Part shown: positions 29,501 to 37,077 of the stretch, in pieces
Layout: every line of letters starts with the position of its first letter
Numbering within the stretch: the first letter of the stretch is position 1
Origin: Candidatus Woesearchaeota archaeon
Lineage (GTDB): Archaea > Nanobdellota > Nanobdellia > Woesearchaeales > JAFGLG01
Reading direction: 5' to 3'
NCBI GenBank assembly: GCA_016928155.1
Contig: JAFGLG010000002.1
Coordinates: 80,412-144,411 of the forward strand
Length of the DNA: 64,000 nucleotides
Notes under the pieces: generated by a model
Seen by the model: only the letters and a program-made list of their open reading frames with translations
The model's database searches: none
What the model was told of the DNA's origin: nothing
Program-made: the position numbers and the translations under genes

Positions 29501-30471
29501 TCGGATTCGGCCATCATCACTATTCAATGGATGAACTCAGGATATCAGATGCAGTGCTTGATCCCACAGTAATAAACTACAGCAGGCACAGGGACACAAC
29601 ATTCTATGATGATGAGATTCTCGTCGACAATAGTCATTATGGTGGATTGGACAACATCACGCTCAAATACTGCCCTTATGATGGAACGATGTATGGGGAA
29701 TGCTTGAACAGGACTGTGCTTATCAACCAGCCGCCGATTGCGGAAAGCATACTCCTGAATCCCGAAACTGTTCTGCCAGATGGGACACTGACCTGCTATG
29801 GGGCTGCATCTGATCCTGAAGGACAGCCAATGACATATTATTACCAATTCTACATCAATTCAATCGGACAAGGATGGAGCCTTAGCAGTCAATTCGACTG
29901 CGATGGTGTATGCAACGAGCTCGATGATATATACTGCGAATTCTACGCGAATGACAACGAGTGGAACACATCCATACTGCAGAGCAATAATGCCACAGTG
30001 GTCAGTGACTCAGATGGAGACACCGGCGGAGACACCGGCGGAGGCTCTCCGCTCGCGCTCAAGGGAGGAGGGGGCGGAGCGTATTATGCCGCCGAAGCTG
30101 CAACAAACGAGACCTGCACTGAAGACTGGAGCTGTGGAGAATGGAGCGAATGCATGGAGGGTATCAGAATCAGGGAATGCTTTGATACAAATGACTGCAA
30201 GACAAGTGTTAATATCCCGGCGACACAAACTGCATGCGAAGGAGAACCTCCTATATTCATAGAAAAGGCAAAAGGGACAACAGAAGAATTTGAGACAATA
30301 ATGGGACTGAAAGAGATAAATTACCACAACCTTATAATGTGGACAGCATCAATGGCAACAAGCGCCCTGATAATAATATTCATAATACTGGCACATGCAA
30401 GACCGCCGAAGAACAAAATCGATGAGATAAAGAAAGAGATGGAAGAATTTGGAATAAAATCAGCCAAATAA
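26527..30471 (+). CDS. giant surface protein: at least 11 BNR/Asp-box repeats (beta-propeller), a LamG/concanavalin-like domain, a Cys-rich module and a C-terminal TM anchor
   Basis: Repeated S-x-D-x-G-x-T/S-W (SVDGGETW, TADGGESW, SDDSGATW, STDGGHHW, SQDHGISW, STDGGLSW, SEDKGESW, STDGGITW, SEDNGDTW, SMDGGETW, SDDYGSSW); signal peptide; hydrophobic helix then basic tail at the C-terminus. Confidence 0.85.
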   Translation: MSRKKIMEIALFIIIIHLIIYSSAALHPNDYWTESNNGIVSWNVRSIAVDHQNSSIIYALTQANGVYKSVDGGETWNPKTNGIPADPSVTWGHLFGNQLTMDPSNSSILYTNFGGMPFRTADGGESWQNITEGIDTCLPQHAIAGVAVDPQNSSHIFAAFTVSSCPGGIYESDDSGATWTHIASYSGSGDLNNDAWALTVDPTNSSRLYSAPQYLGFLYSTDGGHHWTRNSPTGATLIPGMEVEVHPENTSRIILGQDTGLYVSQDHGISWTDKTDVMGGAVYDIDFAPSDPSIGYAVGMGGIAKSTDGGLSWSKMNDDESLSLRSVAIDPDDPERIYLADLGKGVFMSTNSGEDIEQKNSGLPISRDIRATAIAPSDPTIYYISVIGNGFYRSEDKGESWTLMSVHGDVINTIDIEVDNNDPEIVFAGITNIYKSTDGGITWNETLESGDDTITDIQMDPNDNSIIFATSSRWPSSSLIYKSEDNGDTWGTKTGFSLVTRSVTPIVIDESNSSRIYVGTYNGLRRSMDGGETWSLITNGLTGYGTWIDGIGIYPENPSRLYLTARDHNLHYSDDYGSSWATKTNTASYPGRIIIDWHNPDDFYVFTLYSWMKFLANASSKIYMPTTGIKGDAKRFRESALQDPLNPNRFISGDFNQGFMVYNRYEDRKVSYMLPKRVIQNHTLYISGTVEDKLDGDVDLMVNDSGTILLNKTVPAENGHFEYQFLVNASIPIGQKKITFYFHNLSAGADGYNEAYFTVDDLNIPTNHMPQTSGFNMSYDYTLDWVRAGDFNYYDEDDDEETGSIKDIYINNAFLKSESSSQTALIHFDGSPNTTENDPYDYNVDGEFDYATGKFGQAIHFGNYSWVNYDSRDVMDLHQGTIEFWVNTDWDWDNLTEDVWFIWFSGYYGDYIYLLCNATTDTLDYILYSNSTKSNISIDTSDWTKDEWHHIAITYNLSGSHENNSMEIFADERYSSESGIYPIRTIGLYDAIGFGHHHYSMDELRISDAVLDPTVINYSRHRDTTFYDDEILVDNSHYGGLDNITLKYCPYDGTMYGECLNRTVLINQPPIAESILLNPETVLPDGTLTCYGAASDPEGQPMTYYYQFYINSIGQGWSLSSQFDCDGVCNELDDIYCEFYANDNEWNTSILQSNNATVVSDSDGDTGGDTGGGSPLALKGGGGGAYYAAEAATNETCTEDWSCGEWSECMEGIRIRECFDTNDCKTSVNIPATQTACEGEPPIFIEKAKGTTEEFETIMGLKEINYHNLIMWTASMATSALIIIFIILAHARPPKNKIDEIKKEMEEFGIKSAK

Positions 30472-31122
30472 TATCAAGACAAGCGTATAGAAGACAGCAC
30501 CTGCAAGGAACCAAAGCGGCCTGCCATGCCTGCCATGGGGTATAGAATGCCTGATGACAGAGAAAGCTATTATACCGATCACCAGGCCAAGTATTATGGT
30601 CTCAGTCAGAAGAGACATATGATGAACATAAGTCCTGTAAATTATGCCCAGCAAAGTGGATGATGAAAGGATGATCTTGACCCAGACATGCCTCGAGGCC
30701 TCGACAGGCAGGGTATCCAAAGTCGTGTAAAGCAGGACAGGGATGAAGAAAAGGAAAGCCCGGGTGAAACTGAAAAAAGTGAAGCTGGCAATTATGATGC
30801 CAATGGCAAAATGATATATGAAGGATATCACAGAATCCTCAATAGCCAATTCCTTTTTCCTGAGCCTCCTAGGAGCCCTTGTGTAGATATATTTCTCCAC
30901 AAGATGGATCATGATGAAACCTACAAGCAGCGAGAGGAAAAGGAAGCGGTTCTGCACAGAAAGAGCAAAATTAGGGAGGAGCTCAAGGAAAAGATAAGTG
31001 ATCGACACTCCGGCTGAGAAAGAGACAAGATGCACATAATACCTTGTCCTGTTAGCTGAAAAGGTCTGGCCAAAATACAAGGCCAAAGCCATCACGAGTC
31101 CGAAAAATATTGGCTGGATCAT
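30460..31122 (-). CDS. polytopic membrane protein, weakly ZIP-transporter-like
   Basis: About 7 TM helices; HSIPHG resembles the ZIP H-N-x-P-E-G signature; last gene of a 4-gene overlapped operon. Confidence 0.45.
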   Translation of the reverse strand: MIQPIFFGLVMALALYFGQTFSANRTRYYVHLVSFSAGVSITYLFLELLPNFALSVQNRFLFLSLLVGFIMIHLVEKYIYTRAPRRLRKKELAIEDSVISFIYHFAIGIIIASFTFFSFTRAFLFFIPVLLYTTLDTLPVEASRHVWVKIILSSSTLLGIIYRTYVHHMSLLTETIILGLVIGIIAFSVIRHSIPHGRHGRPLWFLAGAVFYTLVLILFG

Positions 31123-32618
31123 AATTTCCTCACAATGCCTTTCACTGCATCCACCTCAACAAGATCCTCATCTTTTAAAACTTTTGTGGCAATCTTGGTG
31201 CCGATAATGCAAGGGACATTCAGTTCTCTTGAAACAATTGCTGCATGGGATGTTACACCTCCAGCATCAGTTATTATCGCAGCCGCCTTCTTCATGGCAG
31301 GCACAACATCAGGATTAGTGGCAGGAGAGACAAGTATATTTCCCTGCTCCATCTTTGACATATCTTCTGGGAAGAAGATGAGCTTGACAATGCCAGTTGC
31401 TATTCCCGGGCAGGCGCACATGCCCTTTATCTCATCAGAATCCGGCATTTCATGCTGCTCAATCTGAATAATATATGCCTTTGCTTGCTTGCCATACTCA
31501 AAACTGTTCTTCCCATTCCTGCTTACCATGACACAGCCCATGTTACGCTTCTCCAACTCCATCTTGTCAACCATCTTGTTATTTAGGAAGAGCTCTCTTC
31601 TCTCTTCGGGAAGCATCCACCTTGACTGATCAAGAGAATAATCATATCTGCGGCAGATCTCCTTATATATCTTATAGATATAATAAAAAGAATGAGTGAA
31701 TCTCTCTTTCCTATATGGTTTTGTATAGAGAAATCCTTGAGCAATCTTGAAAAGCTTCTGATGCTTCTCATCAATAATATATTTCTCTATGCATTCTCTC
31801 TTCTTTTTCTCAACCTGTTCATCTTTTTTCCTAATCTCTGCCAAAAACTGTTCAGGCTTCTGGGAACTTGAGGCCAATGTGAGCAGCTTCTCATAAAAAT
31901 ATTCCATACCCCATAATGCACCGAGGAAATCATGAGGTATCCAGTGATATTCCGCATGATGTGCCTCAAGAAGCTTGAATTCTTCAGGGAAACTCTCCTT
32001 GAAATGCCCGATCTTTGGGTTATCCTTCAGGAATTTTGTTGATTCTGGTGAAAATATCTTCTTGCACATCTCTAGGAAAGCAATCTCCTCTTCTGCAACA
32101 ACAGTCTTTCCTTCGGGTGTGCAAAGTACAGAGAAGACCTCGCCTGCGTTATCACCTGCAACGCTCTTAAGATAGTCAAGCAGATAATTGGAGAAAAAAG
32201 GCTCCCAAGCATCAAGAATCATAGGGATATTCCCTGAAATGAACATCTCGATACCAAGCTGGTAAAACTCATTGAAACATCGCCAGAGCTCTTCTCCTGA
32301 AGCCTTCTCAACATCCAAATCCTTTAGGTTCTTCTCTGTTGTTGCAAAGATATTGTCTGCGTGCTTCATTATGTCTTTGATCACCCGCATACCATAATCT
32401 GGATCATCAATGAGTCTCTTTAGAATATCCTTAGCTGCCTTCTCCAGTTCATCCTTCAAATAACATACCTGGCCGGTCTGCAGGTCCTTGAAATTGACTA
32501 GAGTTTCAGAGAAATTCTTGCCTAAGCTCTTTGTGATATGCTCTGTGTTGCACTCACCATACATCATGACAACATCCGGGACCATATTTATCTCATCGAA
32601 CATAACAACAAAAGTCAT
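31119..32618 (-). CDS. protein with a C-terminal PEP-utilizer phosphohistidine swivel domain; about 370-aa N-terminal region of unknown function
   Basis: C-terminal GMCACPGIATGIV...ILVSPATNPDVVPAMKKAAAIITDAGGVTSHAAIVSRELNVPCIIG (catalytic His in TSHAAI); no ATP-grasp (VRSS) or PEP-binding TIM motifs seen. Confidence 0.75.
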   Translation of the reverse strand: MTFVVMFDEINMVPDVVMMYGECNTEHITKSLGKNFSETLVNFKDLQTGQVCYLKDELEKAAKDILKRLIDDPDYGMRVIKDIMKHADNIFATTEKNLKDLDVEKASGEELWRCFNEFYQLGIEMFISGNIPMILDAWEPFFSNYLLDYLKSVAGDNAGEVFSVLCTPEGKTVVAEEEIAFLEMCKKIFSPESTKFLKDNPKIGHFKESFPEEFKLLEAHHAEYHWIPHDFLGALWGMEYFYEKLLTLASSSQKPEQFLAEIRKKDEQVEKKKRECIEKYIIDEKHQKLFKIAQGFLYTKPYRKERFTHSFYYIYKIYKEICRRYDYSLDQSRWMLPEERRELFLNNKMVDKMELEKRNMGCVMVSRNGKNSFEYGKQAKAYIIQIEQHEMPDSDEIKGMCACPGIATGIVKLIFFPEDMSKMEQGNILVSPATNPDVVPAMKKAAAIITDAGGVTSHAAIVSRELNVPCIIGTKIATKVLKDEDLVEVDAVKGIVRKL

Positions 32619-33697
32619 CTTATCTTCCTCACAATACCCTCATCAGCATCCACTTCAACCTCATCACCATCATTCAGGACCTTGGTGGCTACTTTTGTGC
32701 CTACAATGCATGGGATGCCGAGCTCTCTTGCCACTATGGCAGCATGGGAGGTGAGGCCACCTTCATCTGTTACAATGGCACCAGCCTTCTCAATAGCAAG
32801 CATCATCTCGGGGCCTGTAGTCTCAGCAACCAAAACATCACCATCCATCACTTTTTTGATCTCCTCCTTGAAATTATCACTGAAAACTGTCCTTACTACT
32901 TTGACAATCCCAGAATAAATACCCTTATTTGCTATTGTGCCTGGAATCTCGTCCAAATTCTCACTGAAGAAATAATTTTCAAACTTATCCATCAAATCCT
33001 TCACTTCTCTGCCTTGTATAATATTCCAGTCATTATGTCTTGAGAGCATCCAATAAGTCTTGTCCCTGTCTGATAGAGGAATCTCTTTGTTATCCAGAAT
33101 GTCTACTATCTCCTGGAAACTGAGCCACTGGAGATCAGATCTTTCCTTTCTTTTCTGGATCTCATCAATATACTTCTTCCACATGATATTGTGATTATAG
33201 AACTTATTCAGGAGCTTCCTTGCTTCAAGCTTCAACCCACCCATCCTGTTCAGATTATGCGCAAGACCGCTCTTTGGATCCTCTTTAGCAATCATCTCCA
33301 CCTTTTCCAGGAAAAAGAACTCAGTATAGAAATAATTTCCACCTAAATCCTGAAACAGACCTGCTCTTGCTCCAATCCTTTGCTTCAACTCATCATCATT
33401 CAGCTTTGCCACATCATCTTTCTCTGTCTCTTTGACAAGCTCTTCTCCTTTTCTGATGCTATTCTTGATGTCCTTCTCCCAATCTGCAATATCTGAATAG
33501 AAATCAACAGCAGAAGCTGAGAATCTCTTAATATCTTTCTTTGAGAGATAGAACCTGAGCCCCTTATCCTTGTGATCATAGAAGAAAACCATGTCTGATT
33601 CTCGGATCTCCTTGAAAAGATAGCAAGAAGTGAAGATGAAATTCACATCATGGTCTGTCCAAAGATAGGTGTAATCCTGCGGGTTTGGGACTTTCAT
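32615..33697 (-). CDS. paralogous protein with a C-terminal PEP-utilizer phosphohistidine swivel domain; about 230-aa unknown N-terminal region
   Basis: GTIANKGIYSGIV...VLVAETTGPEMMLAIEKAGAIVTDEGGLTSHAAIVARELGIPCIVG; ATGA overlaps with both neighbours. Confidence 0.75.
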   Translation of the reverse strand: MKVPNPQDYTYLWTDHDVNFIFTSCYLFKEIRESDMVFFYDHKDKGLRFYLSKKDIKRFSASAVDFYSDIADWEKDIKNSIRKGEELVKETEKDDVAKLNDDELKQRIGARAGLFQDLGGNYFYTEFFFLEKVEMIAKEDPKSGLAHNLNRMGGLKLEARKLLNKFYNHNIMWKKYIDEIQKRKERSDLQWLSFQEIVDILDNKEIPLSDRDKTYWMLSRHNDWNIIQGREVKDLMDKFENYFFSENLDEIPGTIANKGIYSGIVKVVRTVFSDNFKEEIKKVMDGDVLVAETTGPEMMLAIEKAGAIVTDEGGLTSHAAIVARELGIPCIVGTKVATKVLNDGDEVEVDADEGIVRKIR

Positions 33698-34293
33698 TTT
33701 ATTCTAATTAGCTTACCTTTCGGGCCTGGATTGATTATTGTTGTCTTCTTTATCCTATCCTGCTTGCCTGCATTCTCATGGATGTGGCCGCAGATGACAA
33801 GATTGAGGTCGACTTCCTCGATGAAATCCCTCAAGGTCCTGTTGCCTACACAATCCCCATTCAGAACATCAAGCGTTGTCTGGAAAGGCGGGGGATGGAT
33901 GATGAAGACTTTCTTAAGATTCCTGTGCTCATCCATGAGGATCTTGAATGCCTTTGCAGTCTTCCTCAATCCAGGCTCATCCATGACAAACCCATTTCCT
34001 GCAAAACCCATGAAAAGATGATCCTTCACTATTATAGCATGCTTGTGCAGATAGATTATCTTATCAAATCCCTTGCAGGCGATCTTCAAAGACCTCGGGC
34101 TCTCATGATTGCCAGGGATTATGAGGACTTTCTTCTTCAGCCTGCTGAGCCTGCGAAGCCACTGCTCCAAGTCCTGCTCAAAAATAGTGAGATCACCGGC
34201 ACAGATGATGATATCTGCCTTCGGCGCCTTCTTTGCCAGGGAGGCCCAGGCAGTCTCGCTGCCATGCAAATCAGTGAATGCGAGGATGTTCAT
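33694..34293 (-). CDS. calcineurin-like metallophosphoesterase (YfcE/MJ0936-like)
   Basis: FTDLHG, GDLT, GNHE, GHIH motifs. Confidence 0.85.
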   Translation of the reverse strand: MNILAFTDLHGSETAWASLAKKAPKADIIICAGDLTIFEQDLEQWLRRLSRLKKKVLIIPGNHESPRSLKIACKGFDKIIYLHKHAIIVKDHLFMGFAGNGFVMDEPGLRKTAKAFKILMDEHRNLKKVFIIHPPPFQTTLDVLNGDCVGNRTLRDFIEEVDLNLVICGHIHENAGKQDRIKKTTIINPGPKGKLIRIK

Positions 34294-34334
34294 CTTATAT
34301 CCCGGTTCTCATTCTGTTTATATAATTATTGTGC

Positions 34335-35303
34335 CTAAAAAGGCAAATATCTTATCTTAACAGTCTCATAAAACATGAAAGTCCTGTAATCGCCTATCAT
34401 CTCAGGGAACTTAAGCCTGAGATCGCTCACAAAATCAAAAAGCTCCTGGTTGTTCTTGACCATGATCTCAACATCAAGGTCTTCAGGAAGGCCAACACCC
34501 TTGACTATGTAAAGGATTATAGGATTCATCTTGATATACTGATAAATCCTGTTCATCTTCTCCTTTGAGATGTTGTTGAGATTGATCCAGAGTTTGTAAT
34601 AAGTATAACCCAGCTTATTATGATCAAGATCGGGCCTGTAGCCTTCAATGAGCTTGTTCTTCTCCATGCCCCTTATCCTGTTAGCGATGGTTTTTGGAGA
34701 TAGATCAATCCTTCTTGACATATCAGTCAGGGACATCCTTGCATCTTCACAAAGAAGAGAGAGAATCCTCTTGTCATCATCATCAATCTCAATCCTTTCG
34801 GGGGTCTCCTGGATATGAATCTCCTTTGTCCTGGATTCCTTAAGGAGCCAGCGATGCTGGAAATGCACAACATCAGTTGTGATAGATTCATTCTTGTATT
34901 TTATGTAAGCGCTGAATCTTGAGAAGATGTCAAGCACAGCCTCTTTATATTCAGTGATGCTCTTAGCCCACATCACAAACAACAGATCATAGACTCCTTG
35001 CGTCGTGAAGACCCAGAACCATCTTGGGTCATGCTTGATGTAATCAAGAATCTCCTGCTCTTTCTCTGGGGTAATGTTGCTCAATGTGAGCGAGAGGCGA
35101 CAATAGATGTAGCCAAGCTTGGGGACATTGATGATCGGAACAAAACCCTTAATGACACCGAGCCTCATAAGACGATTCATCTTATATTTGGTGCCTTGCT
35201 TGCTGAGACCAATCCTCTTTGCCAACCGTGAAAGCGGAGCTCTCGCATCAAAATCCAGCAGGTGGATGAGCTTCCGGTCCTTCAGATCCAGCTTGATAGT
35301 CAT
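34335..35303 (-). CDS. tandem-duplicated Lrp/AsnC-family transcriptional regulator (two HTH+RAM units fused)
   Basis: Two repeats of DxxDRKILxLLxxDARxSLxxLAxxIGLSxxxxxxRIxxLExxGVIxGY followed by ligand-binding-domain-like segments. Confidence 0.8.
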   Translation of the reverse strand: MTIKLDLKDRKLIHLLDFDARAPLSRLAKRIGLSKQGTKYKMNRLMRLGVIKGFVPIINVPKLGYIYCRLSLTLSNITPEKEQEILDYIKHDPRWFWVFTTQGVYDLLFVMWAKSITEYKEAVLDIFSRFSAYIKYKNESITTDVVHFQHRWLLKESRTKEIHIQETPERIEIDDDDKRILSLLCEDARMSLTDMSRRIDLSPKTIANRIRGMEKNKLIEGYRPDLDHNKLGYTYYKLWINLNNISKEKMNRIYQYIKMNPIILYIVKGVGLPEDLDVEIMVKNNQELFDFVSDLRLKFPEMIGDYRTFMFYETVKIRYLPF

Positions 35304-35415
35304 TTTATATCTTTTCTTAATTCCTTTACTTTAAGACATCATTATATATAAATTATTTCATTTTGTCAAATTTTTTCTTAAATATTTTATTATATTTCAT
35401 CACTTACCAATAGTC

Positions 35416-36156
35416 ATGGACAATATATTAGCAAGCATGTGGGAAGAGTTTGTAGGAAAAAGGAGCGAGATGGAGAAAGAGTTCTATCGCTCAATCCTGT
35501 GTGCGCATGACTGCAACAGAATTTTTGACGCGGCAACAGGGACAGGAGATGATTCGATAGACCTGATCCTAGCGGGATTTGATGTGACAAGCAATGAGAT
35601 AAATGAAGACCTAAGAATAAAATCACATAAGAAAGCAGGGGAATCTGGAGTGGAACTGGTATTCACATCATATGACTGGAGAAAACTACCAGGTGACATG
35701 ATACATCAATATGATGGCATGATCTGCCTGGGTAACTCACTGACGATACTGCGACATCCAGGTGAGCAAGCAAAAGCATTGAGGAAAATGAGAAGGAGCC
35801 TGAGAGATGGTGGGGTGCTGATAGTTGATCAGAGAAATTATGATTATATATTGGATTCAAGAGAAGATATCATAAACAATGGGTTGAGATTCAAATATGA
35901 GATAAGATATTGCGGCAAGACAATCAGGGCAAGGCCATGCAGTATCCGCGATAATCTTGTTGTGATGGAATATGTGGACAACAAAGCAAGACAAGGACCT
36001 GCATTCCCACCAATCCTGAAGATGTACCCATTCAGGTTCCATGAACTCAGAGCACAGATAATAAATTCCGGGTTCAGGGATGTGACAAGCTACAGCGACC
36101 TAGAACTTGGATACAATAGAGATGCTGACTTCCATCAGCATGTATGTGTTAAATAA
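35416..36156 (+). CDS. glycine/sarcosine N-methyltransferase family SAM-dependent methyltransferase (GNMT-like)
   Basis: IFDAATGTGDDSIDL (motif I), ICLGNSL, and IVDQRNYDYIL nearly identical to the GNMT VIDHRNYDYIL. Confidence 0.8.
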   Translation: MDNILASMWEEFVGKRSEMEKEFYRSILCAHDCNRIFDAATGTGDDSIDLILAGFDVTSNEINEDLRIKSHKKAGESGVELVFTSYDWRKLPGDMIHQYDGMICLGNSLTILRHPGEQAKALRKMRRSLRDGGVLIVDQRNYDYILDSREDIINNGLRFKYEIRYCGKTIRARPCSIRDNLVVMEYVDNKARQGPAFPPILKMYPFRFHELRAQIINSGFRDVTSYSDLELGYNRDADFHQHVCVK

Positions 36157-36200
36157 AATTTATAAATACAATAACAATTAAATTATTAAGAGGTGATCAT

Positions 36201-36602
36201 ATGAAAAAAATCATGATTGCAATATTCACTATTTCTTTACTATTAGTGCTCGGCTGCACCAAACCTGCTCCGCTCGTGGGTGGGGACAGGGATGAGCATG
36301 GATGCATAGGTAGCGCAGGATATTCCTGGTGCGAGAGGCTTGATAAGTGCGTCAGGATATGGGAAGAGCCTTGCACAGTAGAGGACCTTGCCAGGACGCA
36401 TTGCAATGAAGAGAATGTGGATTCGTTGTACACGTGCGGAGAATACGCGAAAGTCATCAGCACACTGCTCGGCGGAGGAGCGACATACTACAAACTTGGT
36501 GGCAGCTCATTTCAGTGCCCAGTTGTCGGACCTGACTCAATGACAGAAGAATGCAAGCAGATGATGGATGCAGAGTGCGAAGAGGTCAGCTGCCAAAGCT
36601 GA
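36201..36602 (+). CDS. secreted Cys-rich lipoprotein (133 aa), function unknown
   Basis: Signal peptide with lipobox LLVLGC; 12 Cys in the mature part; GGAGGTG-like SD (AGAGGTGATCATATG). Confidence 0.5.
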   Translation: MKKIMIAIFTISLLLVLGCTKPAPLVGGDRDEHGCIGSAGYSWCERLDKCVRIWEEPCTVEDLARTHCNEENVDSLYTCGEYAKVISTLLGGGATYYKLGGSSFQCPVVGPDSMTEECKQMMDAECEEVSCQS

Positions 36603-37077
36603 TTACCTCTTTCTTCTGTTCCAGCAGATCCATAAACCTGTGAAACATCTCTCTTGACAATTCAAGCGATTCTGTATTAATATTAGGATGGAAGCTGACA
36701 ATATCTGCATCCCAGACATCATGGTCTATGTAAACAATCACCTTCCCCTCCTTATCATTCAACAGGCCAAATGGGGAGACTGAACCTTTTGTCAGGCCTA
36801 ATAAATCCATGAGCTCCCTATCATCCCCGAACCTGATATGCTTGGACCCTATAATCCCAGAAAACCACCTAAGATCAATCTTCTTATCTGCAGCCATTAT
36901 GACCAGGAAAAAACGACCTGATATCTTATCCTTAAGGAATAGGTTCTTGCATGCAAGACCAGGAATATGACTGCAATGCTTCTCTGCCTCCTCCACTGTA
37001 AAAACCGCAGGATGGGTGTGAAGCCTGTAAACAATATGGTTCTCTTCCAGGAATCTCTTGACTTCGGACCTCATCAT
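36586..37077 (-). CDS. YbaK/ProX-type aminoacyl-tRNA deacylase (Cys-tRNA(Pro)/Ala-tRNA(Pro) editing domain)
   Basis: Size about 160 aa and motif pattern (FTVEEAEKH, ...GSVSPFGL..., VYIDHDV) typical of the YbaK fold. Confidence 0.75.
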   Translation of the reverse strand: MMRSEVKRFLEENHIVYRLHTHPAVFTVEEAEKHCSHIPGLACKNLFLKDKISGRFFLVIMAADKKIDLRWFSGIIGSKHIRFGDDRELMDLLGLTKGSVSPFGLLNDKEGKVIVYIDHDVWDADIVSFHPNINTESLELSREMFHRFMDLLEQKKEVISFGS

